Of a stretch of DNA of 64,000 bases, positions 1 to 9,679 are shown one piece after another. The position numbers and the translations under genes are program-made. Numbering within the stretch: position 1 is the stretch's first letter; every line of letters begins with the position of its first letter. This stretch comes from Limnochordales bacterium (GTDB taxonomy: Bacteria; Bacillota; Limnochordia; Limnochordales; ZCTH02-B6), in NCBI GenBank assembly GCA_035304545.1, contig DATGPV010000054.1:74473-138472 (forward strand). Direction: 5' to 3'. The notes under the pieces are model-generated. The model saw nothing but the letters and a program-made list of their open reading frames with translations, was not told where the DNA came from and did not search any database.

Positions 1-2
1 CC

Positions 3-419
3 CATCGCGCCGCACGCCCCGGGTCCGACGGCGGCGGAAAGCCGCTGGAGGCCCGCACCCGCCGGGGCGCGCGGGTGCTCATCGGCCGCAGCAACCGGCA
101 AAACGATCGACTGACCTTGCGCACGGCCCGGCCCGACGACATCTGGCTGCACGTCAAAGACTTGCCGGGCGCCCACGTCATCCTGCAAGTTCAGGGAGAG
201 CCCGACGAGGAGGACTTGCGGGATGCGGCCCAGTTAGCCGCCTATTTCAGCAAGGCCCGCCATTCCAGCAGCGTGGCCGTGGACTGGACCCGGGCCCGCC
301 ATGTGCGCAAGCCCAAGGGCGCCCGGCCCGGGATGGTCATCTACGACCACCACAAAACCATCTACGTTTCGCCCGACGAGGCCGCGGTCAGCGCGCTCCT
401 GGCGATGTCCCGCCGGTAG
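3..419 (+). CDS. rqcH: NFACT/RqcH (FbpA, Rqc2) family protein, C-terminal NFACT-R domain; 5'-truncated by the window edge
   Basis: Frame open from nt 3; motifs IGRSNRQNDRLT, DIWLHVKDLPGAHV, AAQLAAYFSKAR, VRKPKGARPGMVIY. Confidence 0.9.
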   Translation, partial: HRAARPGSDGGGKPLEARTRRGARVLIGRSNRQNDRLTLRTARPDDIWLHVKDLPGAHVILQVQGEPDEEDLRDAAQLAAYFSKARHSSSVAVDWTRARHVRKPKGARPGMVIYDHHKTIYVSPDEAAVSALLAMSRR

Positions 420-1651
420 TGCATGCCGTCAAAGTGGATATGGCCCACGGCGCGGTACGCCCGCTCCCGGGCCCCGGCCAAGTCCTCGCCCAGGCCCGTC
501 ACCGCCAGCACCCGTCCGCCGGCGGTGACCAGTCGGTCCCCTTGCCGCCGGGTGGCCCCGTGAAACACCAGCACCCCCGGTTCCGCGGCCGCCGCCTCCA
601 GTCCCTGGATGGGATGGCCCACCTCGGGCTCGCCGGGATATCCCCGGGAGGCCAGCACCACGCACACCGCCGCCTCCGGGCGCCACGCCAAGGATACCTC
701 GTGGAGGCGGCCGCCGGCCAGCGCGTCAAAGACGGTGAGCCAGTCCGTCGCAAGGCGCGGCAGCACCACTTGGGCTTCGGGATCGCCCAGACGGCAGTTG
801 AACTCGATGACCTGCGGCCCCCCGGCCGTCAGCATGAGGCCCGCATAGAGCACTCCCCGGTAGGGGCGGCCTTCCGCGGCCAGCGCTTGGACGATGGGCA
901 CCAAAATCTCCGCCTCGATGCGCGCCAGCAGATCCGCGCCGACATCAGGCACAGGGGAAAAGGCGCCCATCCCGCCGGTGTTGGGACCAGTATCGCCGTC
1001 ACCCACCCGCTTGTGGTCCCGGGCGGGGACCAGGGGGATGACGGTTTCCCCGTCGGTCAAGGCCAGCACGCTTGCCTCCCGGCCGTCAAGATACTCCTCA
1101 ATAATGACGCGCTCTCCCGCTGAGCCAAAGACCCGGGTTTCCATCATGGCCGTGATGGCCGCGTCCGCCGCCTCCCAGGTGTGGGCCACCGTCACGCCCT
1201 TGCCCGCGGCCAGCCCGTCGGCCTTGATGACCAGGGGCAGCTCCTGCCGCCGGGCGTAGGCCCGGGCGGCGGCAGGATCGTCAAACACCCGGTAGGCTGC
1301 GGTAGGGATCCCCCACCGGACCATGAGATCTTTGGCGAACACCTTGCTGCCCTCAAGGGCGGCCGCGGCCCGGGATGGGCCCACCACCCGCAAGCCCCGG
1401 GCCGCGAAGGCGTCCGCGATGCCCGCCACCAACGGCGCCTCGGGCCCCACCACCGTGAGGTCGATCCGTTGTTGCGCGGCCCAGGCCGCAAGCCCCTCCC
1501 AACCGCCCGGAGGCAGCGGCACGCACCGGGCCAGGGCCCCGATCCCGGCATTGCCGGGGGCGCAGTACAGCGCCTCCACGCGCGGGCTCTGGGCCAGGGC
1601 CCACGCCAGGGCGTGCTCCCGCGCACCTTGACCGACGATCAGTACCCGCAT
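362..1651 (-). CDS. purD: Phosphoribosylamine--glycine ligase
   Basis: REHAL, APGNAG, LEGSKVFAK, KADGLAAGKGV, DHKR..DGDTGPNTGGMGA, EFNCRLGDPE; AGGAGGAG SD. Confidence 0.97.
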   Translation of the reverse strand: MRVLIVGQGAREHALAWALAQSPRVEALYCAPGNAGIGALARCVPLPPGGWEGLAAWAAQQRIDLTVVGPEAPLVAGIADAFAARGLRVVGPSRAAAALEGSKVFAKDLMVRWGIPTAAYRVFDDPAAARAYARRQELPLVIKADGLAAGKGVTVAHTWEAADAAITAMMETRVFGSAGERVIIEEYLDGREASVLALTDGETVIPLVPARDHKRVGDGDTGPNTGGMGAFSPVPDVGADLLARIEAEILVPIVQALAAEGRPYRGVLYAGLMLTAGGPQVIEFNCRLGDPEAQVVLPRLATDWLTVFDALAGGRLHEVSLAWRPEAAVCVVLASRGYPGEPEVGHPIQGLEAAAAEPGVLVFHGATRRQGDRLVTAGGRVLAVTGLGEDLAGARERAYRAVGHIHFDGMHYRRDIARSALTAASSGET

Positions 1652-1732
1652 GCTCCTCCTCCTACGTCCCTGGGTACCCCCGGCCGCCCGGCTGGCCCGC
1701 GCCCCCGGGCCGGCGGCAGCGCCGCCCCGGCG

Positions 1733-3361
1733 TCAGTGCCGGAAGTGGCGCCGGCCGGTGAACACCATAGCTATCCCCGCGGCGTCCGCGGCCGCAATGG
1801 AATCCGCGTCGCGGCGGGACCCGCCGGGCTGGACGATGGCCGTGACGCCGGCCCGGGCCGCGGCTTCCACCACATCGGGGAAGGGAAAGAAGGCTTCGGA
1901 AGCCAGCACCGCGCCCTTGGCCCGGGCGCCGGCCTGCTCGATGGCCAGGCGCGCCGCGGCGATCCGGCTCATCTGCCCGGCGCCGATGCCTACCGTCACC
2001 CAGTCCCGGGCCAGCACGATGGCGTTGGACTTGACGTGCTTGACCACCTTCCACGCGAACTCCAGCTGGTCCCACTCCGCGGGCGTGGGCGCCCGGCGGG
2101 TGACGACCCGTTCCCGGTCGGGCACAAGCCCCTCCGGCCGCCAGTCGGCCTCCTGGACCAAGAGCCCGCCGCCCACCCGTTTCCAATCGAAGTGCGCTTG
2201 AGGCGGCGCCCAGGGCTGGACCCGCAGCAGCCGCAAGCTGGGCCGGGCCGCCAGCACCTCCCGGGCCTCGGCGGTGAAATCCGGCGCGATGATGACCTCG
2301 AGGAACAGTTCCCGCATGGCCCGGGCCGCCGCCGCGTCGATGGGCCGGTTGGCGGCCACGATGCCGCCGAAAATGGACACGGGATCCGCATCCCGGGCCC
2401 GGACAAAGGCGTCGGCCACCGTGTCGGCCACCGCCAGCCCGCAGGGGTTGGCGTGCTTGACCGCGGCCACCGCCGGCGCGTCGAACTCCCGCACCAATTC
2501 CAAGGCCGCGTGGGCGTCGTGGATGTTGTTGAAGGACAGCTCTTTGCCCTGCAGCTGCTGGGCCGCGGCGATGGTGCCCACAGGCGGCGGCCACTCGACG
2601 TAGAAGGCCGCGGCCTGGTGGGGGTTTTCCCCGTAGCGCAGCGCCTGGGCCCGCACCAGGGTGGCTTGCCACCGCTCCGGGAAAGTCGGCGGGGCGGCGC
2701 CGGCGGCCTCGGCCGCGCCCATCGCCCCCGCGGCTCCGGGGGCTTCCTCCAGCTGCTCAGACAAGTAGGACGCGATGGCCGCGTCGTAGGCGGCAGTATG
2801 GGCAAAGGCTTCCCGGGCCAGGACGCGGCGGAGCCGGGCCCCATCTTCCGCCGCCGCGCCCTCCCGGGCCAGGGCCGCCAGTACCGCCCCGTAGCGATCC
2901 GGGTTGACCACCACCCACACGTGCGGGTGGTTCTTGGCCGCCGCCCGCACCAAGGCGGGGCCGCCGATGTCGATCTGCTCCATGGCCTCCGCGAAGGTGC
3001 AGCCGGGGCGGCTGACGGTTTCCGCAAAGGGATACAGGTTCACCGCCACCACGTCAAAAGGGGCGATGGCCAGCTCCTGCAAGGTGCGCATGTCGTCTTC
3101 CCGGTCGCGGCGGGCCAGGATGCCGGCGTGAATAGCCGGGTGCAGCGTCTTGACCCGCCCGTCCAGCACCTCCGGAAACCCGGTCACCGCGGACACCTGG
3201 GTGACGGGCACATGGTCCTTCAGGGCCGCCGCGGTGCCGCCCGTGGACACGATTTCAAACCCCAGCTCCACCAGGCCCCGGGCGAACTCCACCACGCCCC
3301 GCTTGTCGGACACGCTGATAAGGGCCCGTCGCGGACCCCACTGCGCCGTCGCCACTTCCAT
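1733..3361 (-). CDS. purH: Bifunctional AICAR transformylase/IMP cyclohydrolase
   Basis: RALISVSDK, GRVKTLHP, IDIGGP, LRYGENPHQ, KHANPCG, KSNAIV, FTGRRHFRH; ATG 3361 is 7 nt after GGAGG and overlaps the purN stop. Confidence 0.97.
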   Translation of the reverse strand: MEVATAQWGPRRALISVSDKRGVVEFARGLVELGFEIVSTGGTAAALKDHVPVTQVSAVTGFPEVLDGRVKTLHPAIHAGILARRDREDDMRTLQELAIAPFDVVAVNLYPFAETVSRPGCTFAEAMEQIDIGGPALVRAAAKNHPHVWVVVNPDRYGAVLAALAREGAAAEDGARLRRVLAREAFAHTAAYDAAIASYLSEQLEEAPGAAGAMGAAEAAGAAPPTFPERWQATLVRAQALRYGENPHQAAAFYVEWPPPVGTIAAAQQLQGKELSFNNIHDAHAALELVREFDAPAVAAVKHANPCGLAVADTVADAFVRARDADPVSIFGGIVAANRPIDAAAARAMRELFLEVIIAPDFTAEAREVLAARPSLRLLRVQPWAPPQAHFDWKRVGGGLLVQEADWRPEGLVPDRERVVTRRAPTPAEWDQLEFAWKVVKHVKSNAIVLARDWVTVGIGAGQMSRIAAARLAIEQAGARAKGAVLASEAFFPFPDVVEAAARAGVTAIVQPGGSRRDADSIAAADAAGIAMVFTGRRHFRH

Positions 3362-4014
3362 CATCCATCCTCCCGCCGGAAACTGTTGTCGCCGCCCCCG
3401 TTTTCCGGATTGGGCCGGATGCGCACCCGCCGGCCGTCCAGCTCCAGGCGCCCCTCGGCCAATAGCTGGATGGCCTCGGGGTACAGGCGGTGCTCCTCCC
3501 GCTGGATGCGGGCCGAAAGCGTTTCCACCGTATCGCCGGGCAGCACCGGCACCGCCGCCTGCAGCACGATGGGTCCCGTATCGACGCCCTCGTCCACCAA
3601 GTGCACGGTGCAGCCGGTGATGCGCACGCCGTAAGCCAACGCCTGCCCCACCGCGTCCAAGCCCGGAAAGGCCGGCAAGAGCGACGGGTGCACGTTGAGA
3701 ATGCGCCAGCGAAACCGCTGCACCAGCCACGGGGGCAACACCCGCATAAACCCCGCCAAGGCGATGACGTCCACCCGGGCTTCCAAGAGCTTGGCCTCCA
3801 CCAGGCGGAAAAAGGCTTCCCGGCCGCCCGCGTCCCTGAGCGCCACGCCCACGGCCGGCACCCCGTAGGCCCGGGCCACCTCCAGGGCCGGCGCTTGGGG
3901 GTTGTCCGAAAGGACCAAAACCGGTCGCGCCGCCAAGCGCCCCGCGGCCGCCGCCTGCAAGATGGCCGCCAAGTTGCTGCCCCGGCCCGAGGCCATCACA
4001 GCCAGCCGGATCAT
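3361..4014 (-). CDS. purN: Phosphoribosylglycinamide formyltransferase
   Basis: ASGRGSNL, LAGFMRVL, NVHPSLLPAFPG, GCTVHLVDEGVDTGP. Confidence 0.97.
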   Translation of the reverse strand: MIRLAVMASGRGSNLAAILQAAAAGRLAARPVLVLSDNPQAPALEVARAYGVPAVGVALRDAGGREAFFRLVEAKLLEARVDVIALAGFMRVLPPWLVQRFRWRILNVHPSLLPAFPGLDAVGQALAYGVRITGCTVHLVDEGVDTGPIVLQAAVPVLPGDTVETLSARIQREEHRLYPEAIQLLAEGRLELDGRRVRIRPNPENGGGDNSFRREDG

Positions 4015-5060
4015 GGCGCTTCCCCGTACCCCAGAACGTCGACGCCAGGTTCACCCGCCGCCACCCGGCCGATGACCCAGCTCCGCTGCCCCTGCGCGGC
4101 CAAGTGCCGCACCGCGGCGTCCGCCTGGTCCGCGGGCACGATAACGGCCATCCCAATGCCCAGGTTGAAGGTGCGCAGCATCTCGCCGGGGCTCACCCGG
4201 CCCGCGGCCTGGATGAGGGGAAAGATGGCCGGCACCGGCCAGCGGCCCCACTCCAGCACGGCCCGGGTGCCGGGGGCCATGGCCCGGGGCAAGTTTTCCG
4301 GCAGACCGCCGCCCGAGATGTTGGCGATGCCCCGCACCTCCACCGCCTGCAGCAGACTGAGCACCGGTTTCACATAGATGGCCGTCGGCTCCAGCAATTC
4401 CTCGGCCAGGGTCCGGCCCAGCTCGGGCACTACGCCTTCCAGGGGCAGGCGCGCCCGCTCCAAGAGGGCCCGCCGGGCCAGCGAATACCCGCTGCTGTGC
4501 AGGCCCGTAGAGGCCAGGCCGATGATCGCGTCCCCCGGCGCCACCCGTCGGCCGTCGACGAGCCGGTTCTTGGGGACCATGCCCACCGCGAAGCCCGCGA
4601 TGTCGTATTCGCCCGGTCCATAAAAACCGGGCATTTCCGCGGTCTCGCCGCCCAGCAGGGCGCAGCCCGCTAGGCGGCAACCGGCGGCCACGCCCCGGAC
4701 GATGGCTTCCACTTGGTCCGGGTCCAGCCGGCCCACGGCCAAATAATCCAGGAAAAACAGGGGCCGGGCCCCGTGGCAAAGGATGTCGTTGACGCAATAG
4801 GCCACGCAGTCGATGCCGATGGTGTCGTGGCGCCCGGTCATGAAGGCCACCCGCAGCTTGGTGCCCACCCCGTCGCAGCCGGCCACCAGCACCGGCGCCT
4901 CGTCGCCCTCCCCCAAGGCATACGCGCCGCCGAAACCGCCTACGTGCAGCAGCACCTCAGGACCCAGCGTCGGCTGCACCAGGGCCTTGATGCGGGCCAC
5001 GGCCCGGTAGCCCGCTTCGATGTCCACACCGGCTTCCTTGTACGTCAATCCCTCATCCAC
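4011..5060 (-). CDS. purM: Phosphoribosylformylglycinamidine cyclo-ligase (AIR synthetase) with two atypical active-site substitutions
   Basis: TYKEAGVDI, DGVGTKL, NDILCHGARPLFFLDY, GGETAEMPG, TFNLGIG; reads HSSG instead of HSNG and ANISGGG instead of AHITGGG. Confidence 0.95.
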   Translation of the reverse strand: MDEGLTYKEAGVDIEAGYRAVARIKALVQPTLGPEVLLHVGGFGGAYALGEGDEAPVLVAGCDGVGTKLRVAFMTGRHDTIGIDCVAYCVNDILCHGARPLFFLDYLAVGRLDPDQVEAIVRGVAAGCRLAGCALLGGETAEMPGFYGPGEYDIAGFAVGMVPKNRLVDGRRVAPGDAIIGLASTGLHSSGYSLARRALLERARLPLEGVVPELGRTLAEELLEPTAIYVKPVLSLLQAVEVRGIANISGGGLPENLPRAMAPGTRAVLEWGRWPVPAIFPLIQAAGRVSPGEMLRTFNLGIGMAVIVPADQADAAVRHLAAQGQRSWVIGRVAAGEPGVDVLGYGEAP

Positions 5061-6441
5061 GGACTTTCTCCTCCCGCCTCTGGGTGGGGTGCACGTCCCC
5101 CGGGGGCACGGGGTACCTCCCCGTCATGCAGCCCAAGCACAGCTGGTCCGGGCGAACGCCGATGGCCGCGCACAGCCCCTCCACGCTCAGGTAGTACAGG
5201 GAGTCGGCGCCGATGTAGCGGCGGATGTCTTCGATGGTGCGTTGCGCGGCGATGAGCTCGCCCCGGGACGAAATGTCGATGCCGTAGGGGCACGGATGCA
5301 CAAAGGGCGGCGATGCCACGTACATGTGCACTTCCTTGGCGCCCGCCTCCCGCACCAGGGAGACCGTCCTGCGGGACGTGGTGCCCCGCACGATGGAGTC
5401 GTCCAGGACGACCACCCGCTTTCCGGCCAGCACCCGCCGGTTGGGATTCAGCTTGATCTTCACCGCCAGGTGGCGCACGGCCGCGTCGGGATGGATGAAG
5501 CTGCGGCCCACGTACCGGTTCTTGACCAGGCCGATCTCAAAGGGAAGCCCGGCGGCTTCGGCAAAGCCCATGGCCGCGGACGTGCCCGAATCGGGCGCGG
5601 CGATGACCACATCGGCTTCCACCGGCCGCTCCTGAAACAGTCGCCGCCCCACTTCCTTGCGCACCAGGTGCACGTTGCGGTCGAACAGCTCCGAGTCGGG
5701 GCGGGCGTAGTAGATGTACTCAAAGGCGCAGGGCGCGCGGGACGGCAAGGCCTGAGGCCGGCGCCGGACGACGCCGGCCTTGTCCACCAGCAGCAGCTCG
5801 CCGGGCAAAAGTTCCTGCCCGTCCTCGATGCCCAGGGCGGTCAAGGCGCAAGTTTCCGACGCCACCACCACCACGCCGTCGGAGTGGCCGAAACAGAGGG
5901 GCCGGATGCCGTATGGATCCCGGAAAGCCACCAGGGCCGCGGGGGTGAGCAGTATGACAGCCCAGCCCCCCTGCAGCGAGGCCATGGTCTGCCCCACGGC
6001 TTCCTCCAAGGGCACCCCCGCGCAGCGGGCCAGCCGGCTGAGGATAACCTCCGCGTCGCTGGTGGTTTGGAACACCGAACCGCCCTGCTGCAGGGCTTGC
6101 CGCAAGGCGTGGCCGTTGATCAGCGCGCCGTCGTACGCCACAGCCACCGGCCCCCGGCTGGTGTAGGCCATCAGGGGCTGGATGTTGGCGGGGTCCTGGG
6201 CGTCGGCCCGGGACGAGAGCACGTGGCCTATGCCCGCCGGGCCCGGTAGCCGGCCCAGCACCGCCCGATCAAACACTTCGGGCACCAGTCCGTGGCCCTT
6301 CACTACCTGGATGCGGCCGCCGTCGGCCACCGCGAGGCCGCAGCTTTTCTCGCCCCGGTGCTGCAGCGCGTACAGCCCAAGGTAGATCCGGTCCGCCGCC
6401 CGGGACCCCTCAGGGCCCCAGACGCCGATGACTCCCGCCAT
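5053..6441 (-). CDS. purF: Amidophosphoribosyltransferase with a degenerate glutaminase domain (no Cys1)
   Basis: Starts MAGVIGVWG after a GAGGAGGAGG SD; [51 protein letters not shown]. Confidence 0.95.
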   Translation of the reverse strand: MAGVIGVWGPEGSRAADRIYLGLYALQHRGEKSCGLAVADGGRIQVVKGHGLVPEVFDRAVLGRLPGPAGIGHVLSSRADAQDPANIQPLMAYTSRGPVAVAYDGALINGHALRQALQQGGSVFQTTSDAEVILSRLARCAGVPLEEAVGQTMASLQGGWAVILLTPAALVAFRDPYGIRPLCFGHSDGVVVVASETCALTALGIEDGQELLPGELLLVDKAGVVRRRPQALPSRAPCAFEYIYYARPDSELFDRNVHLVRKEVGRRLFQERPVEADVVIAAPDSGTSAAMGFAEAAGLPFEIGLVKNRYVGRSFIHPDAAVRHLAVKIKLNPNRRVLAGKRVVVLDDSIVRGTTSRRTVSLVREAGAKEVHMYVASPPFVHPCPYGIDISSRGELIAAQRTIEDIRRYIGADSLYYLSVEGLCAAIGVRPDQLCLGCMTGRYPVPPGDVHPTQRREEKVRG

Positions 6442-8731
6442 GGGGCTGCCCCTCCTCCTCGTCCCCCAAGAGGGCCGGCAGCGCCCCGGCCCAGGCCTGC
6501 CGCAGCTCGGCCAAGGCCAGGGCCATCGCCGGGCGGCCGTTGATGGCCACAGCCAACTGCTGGCCGCCCGTGGTGCCCAAGCGGGCCAGGGGCGCCCCGT
6601 AGGCCGCCGCGATCTCCTGCAGGGCCGGCCAGTGCTCCGGCGCCACCGAGAGCACGATCCGGGACTGGGACTCGCCGAAGAGCAGCGCATCGGGCCGCAG
6701 GTCGCTGCTGAGGTCGACGGACGCGCCCACGCCCCCCGCCAGGCAACACTCGGCCAGCGCGACGGCCAGCCCCCCTTCGGCGCAATCGTGGGCCGACCGG
6801 ACAAGGCCCCGTTCGGCGGCGGCCAAGCACGCGGCCTGCACCCGCCGCTCCGCCTCCAAGTCCAGCCGGGGCGGGCGGCCCCGCTCCAGGCCGTGGATGA
6901 CGGCCAAATACTCGCTGGCCCCCAGATCCAGGCCCGTTTCCCCCAGGAGGGCCACCACCAGACCTTCACCGGGAAATCCCATGCCCACGGCCCTTTGGCC
7001 GTCGTCCAGCACGCCCACCATGCCCACTACAGGCGTGGGCGGGATGGGCACGCCCTCGTGTTCGTTGTAGAGGCTGACGTTGCCGCCGGTGACGGGGGTG
7101 CCCAAGGCCGTACACGCCGCGCTCATGCCGGCCACGGCTTGGGCCATGGTCCAAAACACTTCGGGCTTTTCGGGGCTGCCGAAGTTGAGGTTGTTGGTGA
7201 TGGCCACGGGCCGGGCGCCGGCGCAGACCACGTTGCGGGCCGCTTCGGCCACCGCGATCATGCCGCCGGTGAAAGGATCCAGCTGGCAATAGCGGGCGTT
7301 GCCGTCCACGGTCAGGGCCAGGGCCCTCTGGGTCCCGGGGATGCCGATGACGGCCGCATCGGCCTGGCCGGGACCCAGAATGATGGGGGGGCTGCCTGCG
7401 GGGGCGGGTTCGCCGGCGCCTACGGGCCCGGCCAGCACCGGCCCGCTCTTCGACGGCCGCGGCTGCAGCCGGCGATAGACCCACGCCTTGTCGGCGATGG
7501 TGGGGCTGGCCAACAGGCGCAGCAGCACTTCACCCAGGTCCGCGGGCACCGGGACGGCCTCCAGATCCAGAGCTTGACGCTGGGCCAAGTCCGCGGGCGG
7601 GCGCGCCGGCGGGTCGTACACGGGTGCCTCTTCGGTCAAGGCCCGCACCGGCACTTCCGCGGCCACAGCTCCCCGGTGCCGCACCCGCAGCACCGGCTCC
7701 CCGATGACGGTGCCGATGCGGGCGCTCAGCAAGCCGTGGCGGCGGCACACCCCGTGCACCGCTTCCTCGTGGCCCTGCTGTACGATGACCAGCATGCGCT
7801 CCTGGGATTCCGACAGCATGATCTCGTACGCGTCCATGCCGTCCTCCCGGGTGGGTACCTGGTCCAGGTCCAGCTCCACGCCGCAGCCGCCCCGGGTCGC
7901 GGTTTCCGCGCACGAAGACGTCAGCCCCGCGGCGCCCATGTCCTGGATGCCGACGACCCCGCCGGTATCCACCAGCTCCAGGCAGGCCGCGATGAGCCGC
8001 CGGCCCGTTTCTGGGTCACCCACGGCCACCGCCGATCTGCGGGCCGCGGACCCCTCATCCAGCTGATCCGAAGCGAAGGTCGCGCCGTGAATACCATCGC
8101 GCCCGGTGGGGGCCCCGACGTAGATCACCGCGTTGCCCACGCCGGTGGCCACGGCCCGGGTCAGCCGGCGGCGGGGCACCAGCCCTACGGCCATCGCGTT
8201 GACCAGGGGGTTGTGCCGGTAGCCCGGCAAAAACTGCCCTTCGCCGCCCACCACCGCCACGCCGGCGCCCCGGGCGTAATTGCCCATGCCTGCGACGATG
8301 CCCCGCAGCAGCCACCGCACCCGCTCCTCCCGCAGGTCGCCCAGCCGCAGGGAACTGAGGACCGCCACCGGTTGCGCCCCCATGGACAAGATGTCCCGCA
8401 GGATGCCACCCACCCCGGTGGCCGCTCCCTGAAAGGGGTCCACGGCCGACGGGCGGTTGTGGGATTCCATGCGGAAGGCCACCAAGGTGTCCCCGGCGCC
8501 CACGTCGACGACGCCGGCGTTTTCCCCAGGGCCCACCACTACGGCCTCGCCTTCGGTGGGAAACCGCTTCAGCAAGCGACGGGAGTGCTTGTACGCGCAG
8601 TGCTCGGACCAGAGCACCGCGAACATGCCCAGTTCGACCCGGTTGGGCTCCCGCCCCAGCAGCGCGGTAATGCGTTCATACTCATGGTCCTTGAGGCCCA
8701 TGGCCCGCCACGGTGCGGTGGACGCCTTCAT
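6410..8731 (-). CDS. purL: Phosphoribosylformylglycinamidine synthase subunit PurL (small type)
   Basis: [69 protein letters not shown]; ATGA overlap with the purC stop. Confidence 0.96.
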   Translation of the reverse strand: MKASTAPWRAMGLKDHEYERITALLGREPNRVELGMFAVLWSEHCAYKHSRRLLKRFPTEGEAVVVGPGENAGVVDVGAGDTLVAFRMESHNRPSAVDPFQGAATGVGGILRDILSMGAQPVAVLSSLRLGDLREERVRWLLRGIVAGMGNYARGAGVAVVGGEGQFLPGYRHNPLVNAMAVGLVPRRRLTRAVATGVGNAVIYVGAPTGRDGIHGATFASDQLDEGSAARRSAVAVGDPETGRRLIAACLELVDTGGVVGIQDMGAAGLTSSCAETATRGGCGVELDLDQVPTREDGMDAYEIMLSESQERMLVIVQQGHEEAVHGVCRRHGLLSARIGTVIGEPVLRVRHRGAVAAEVPVRALTEEAPVYDPPARPPADLAQRQALDLEAVPVPADLGEVLLRLLASPTIADKAWVYRRLQPRPSKSGPVLAGPVGAGEPAPAGSPPIILGPGQADAAVIGIPGTQRALALTVDGNARYCQLDPFTGGMIAVAEAARNVVCAGARPVAITNNLNFGSPEKPEVFWTMAQAVAGMSAACTALGTPVTGGNVSLYNEHEGVPIPPTPVVGMVGVLDDGQRAVGMGFPGEGLVVALLGETGLDLGASEYLAVIHGLERGRPPRLDLEAERRVQAACLAAAERGLVRSAHDCAEGGLAVALAECCLAGGVGASVDLSSDLRPDALLFGESQSRIVLSVAPEHWPALQEIAAAYGAPLARLGTTGGQQLAVAINGRPAMALALAELRQAWAGALPALLGDEEEGQPHGGSHRRLGP

Positions 8732-9528
8732 GTCAAGCCATCCCCCTGATCCCGGTCCGCCTCGGCGCCGCCGTCGTTGGCGCCCGGGGCCTGCCCGCCG
8801 GCCGGCTCCGACGCCTCCAGCCGCCGCAGGATCTCTTGGTAACCTTCCAGCACCGGGCCTAGGTCCCGCCGAAAACGGTCCTTGTCCAGCCGGGCACCAG
8901 TGGCCGCGTCCCACACCCGGGTGGTGTCGGGGGAGATCTCATCGGCCACCAGCAGCGCCTCGCCAGCCCAGCCGAATTCCAGCTTCATGTCCACCAACTC
9001 CAGCCCCGCGCGGGCCAAGCGCTGCACCAGCACGGCATTGGCTGCCCGCGCCAGGGCCTCCATCCGGTCCACCACCTCATCGGGGGCAATGTCCAGGGCC
9101 CGGATGTGGTCCCGGTTGACCAGGGGATCCCCCAGGTCATCCCGCTTGTAGTAGTGCTCCAGCACCGGGCGGGCCAAGGGTTGTCCTTCGGGCAGCCCCA
9201 GCCGCCGGGCCAGGCTGCCCGCGACCTTGTTGCGGACCACCACCTCCAGCGGGATGATCCGCACGGCCCGGGCCAGGGTGGTATCGGGGCCCAATTGCCG
9301 GATGAAATGGGTGGCGATGCCCGACCGGGCCAGCTCCGCAAAAAGGAGGGCGGAGATCCGGTTGTTGATGGCCCCTTTGCCCGGAATCTCCGCCCGTTTG
9401 CGCCCGTCAAAGGCCGTCGCGTCGTCGCGGAAGTGGATGATGACCAGGTCCGGCTGGTCGGTGGCGTAGACCGACTTGGCCTTGCCCCGGTACAGAAGCT
9501 CCCCTCGCACCGGCGCCGCCCCGTTCAC
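8728..9528 (-). CDS. purC: SAICAR synthetase
   Basis: [50 protein letters not shown]; GTG start after GAGGTG. Confidence 0.96.
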   Translation of the reverse strand: MNGAAPVRGELLYRGKAKSVYATDQPDLVIIHFRDDATAFDGRKRAEIPGKGAINNRISALLFAELARSGIATHFIRQLGPDTTLARAVRIIPLEVVVRNKVAGSLARRLGLPEGQPLARPVLEHYYKRDDLGDPLVNRDHIRALDIAPDEVVDRMEALARAANAVLVQRLARAGLELVDMKLEFGWAGEALLVADEISPDTTRVWDAATGARLDKDRFRRDLGPVLEGYQEILRRLEASEPAGGQAPGANDGGAEADRDQGDGLT

Positions 9529-9584
9529 GCCCAAACACCTCACCCGCACGGGATCGTTCGCCTGTAGCCCGTAAAGGCACCCCC

Positions 9585-9630
9585 ATATTACCAAAATGCC
9601 GCCGGACATTCAACCATTTCGCGAACGTTT
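9585..9630 (-). promoter_or_regulatory. Internal sigma-A promoter for purC onwards, with overlapping PurBox-like motifs
   Basis: Minus strand TTGAAT (9613-9608), 17 nt, TAATAT (9590-9585) preceded by TGn; plus-strand CCGGACATT and GCGAACGTT resemble the PurBox core CCGAACWWT; AT-rich island. Confidence 0.65.
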
Positions 9631-9679
9631 TCTTTCTCGGTGAGTGCTTTGTTCGCCTTCTTTCGCTCCCAACGGCCTC

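Noticed and set aside
1181-3634. Long antisense or alternative-frame ORFs (e.g. 1181-3634+, 6428-8749+, 12121-14841-, 25666-28158+, 54224-56215-)
   Set aside because: Shadow ORFs of real genes, expected at very high GC where stop codons are rare; no recognisable motifs.
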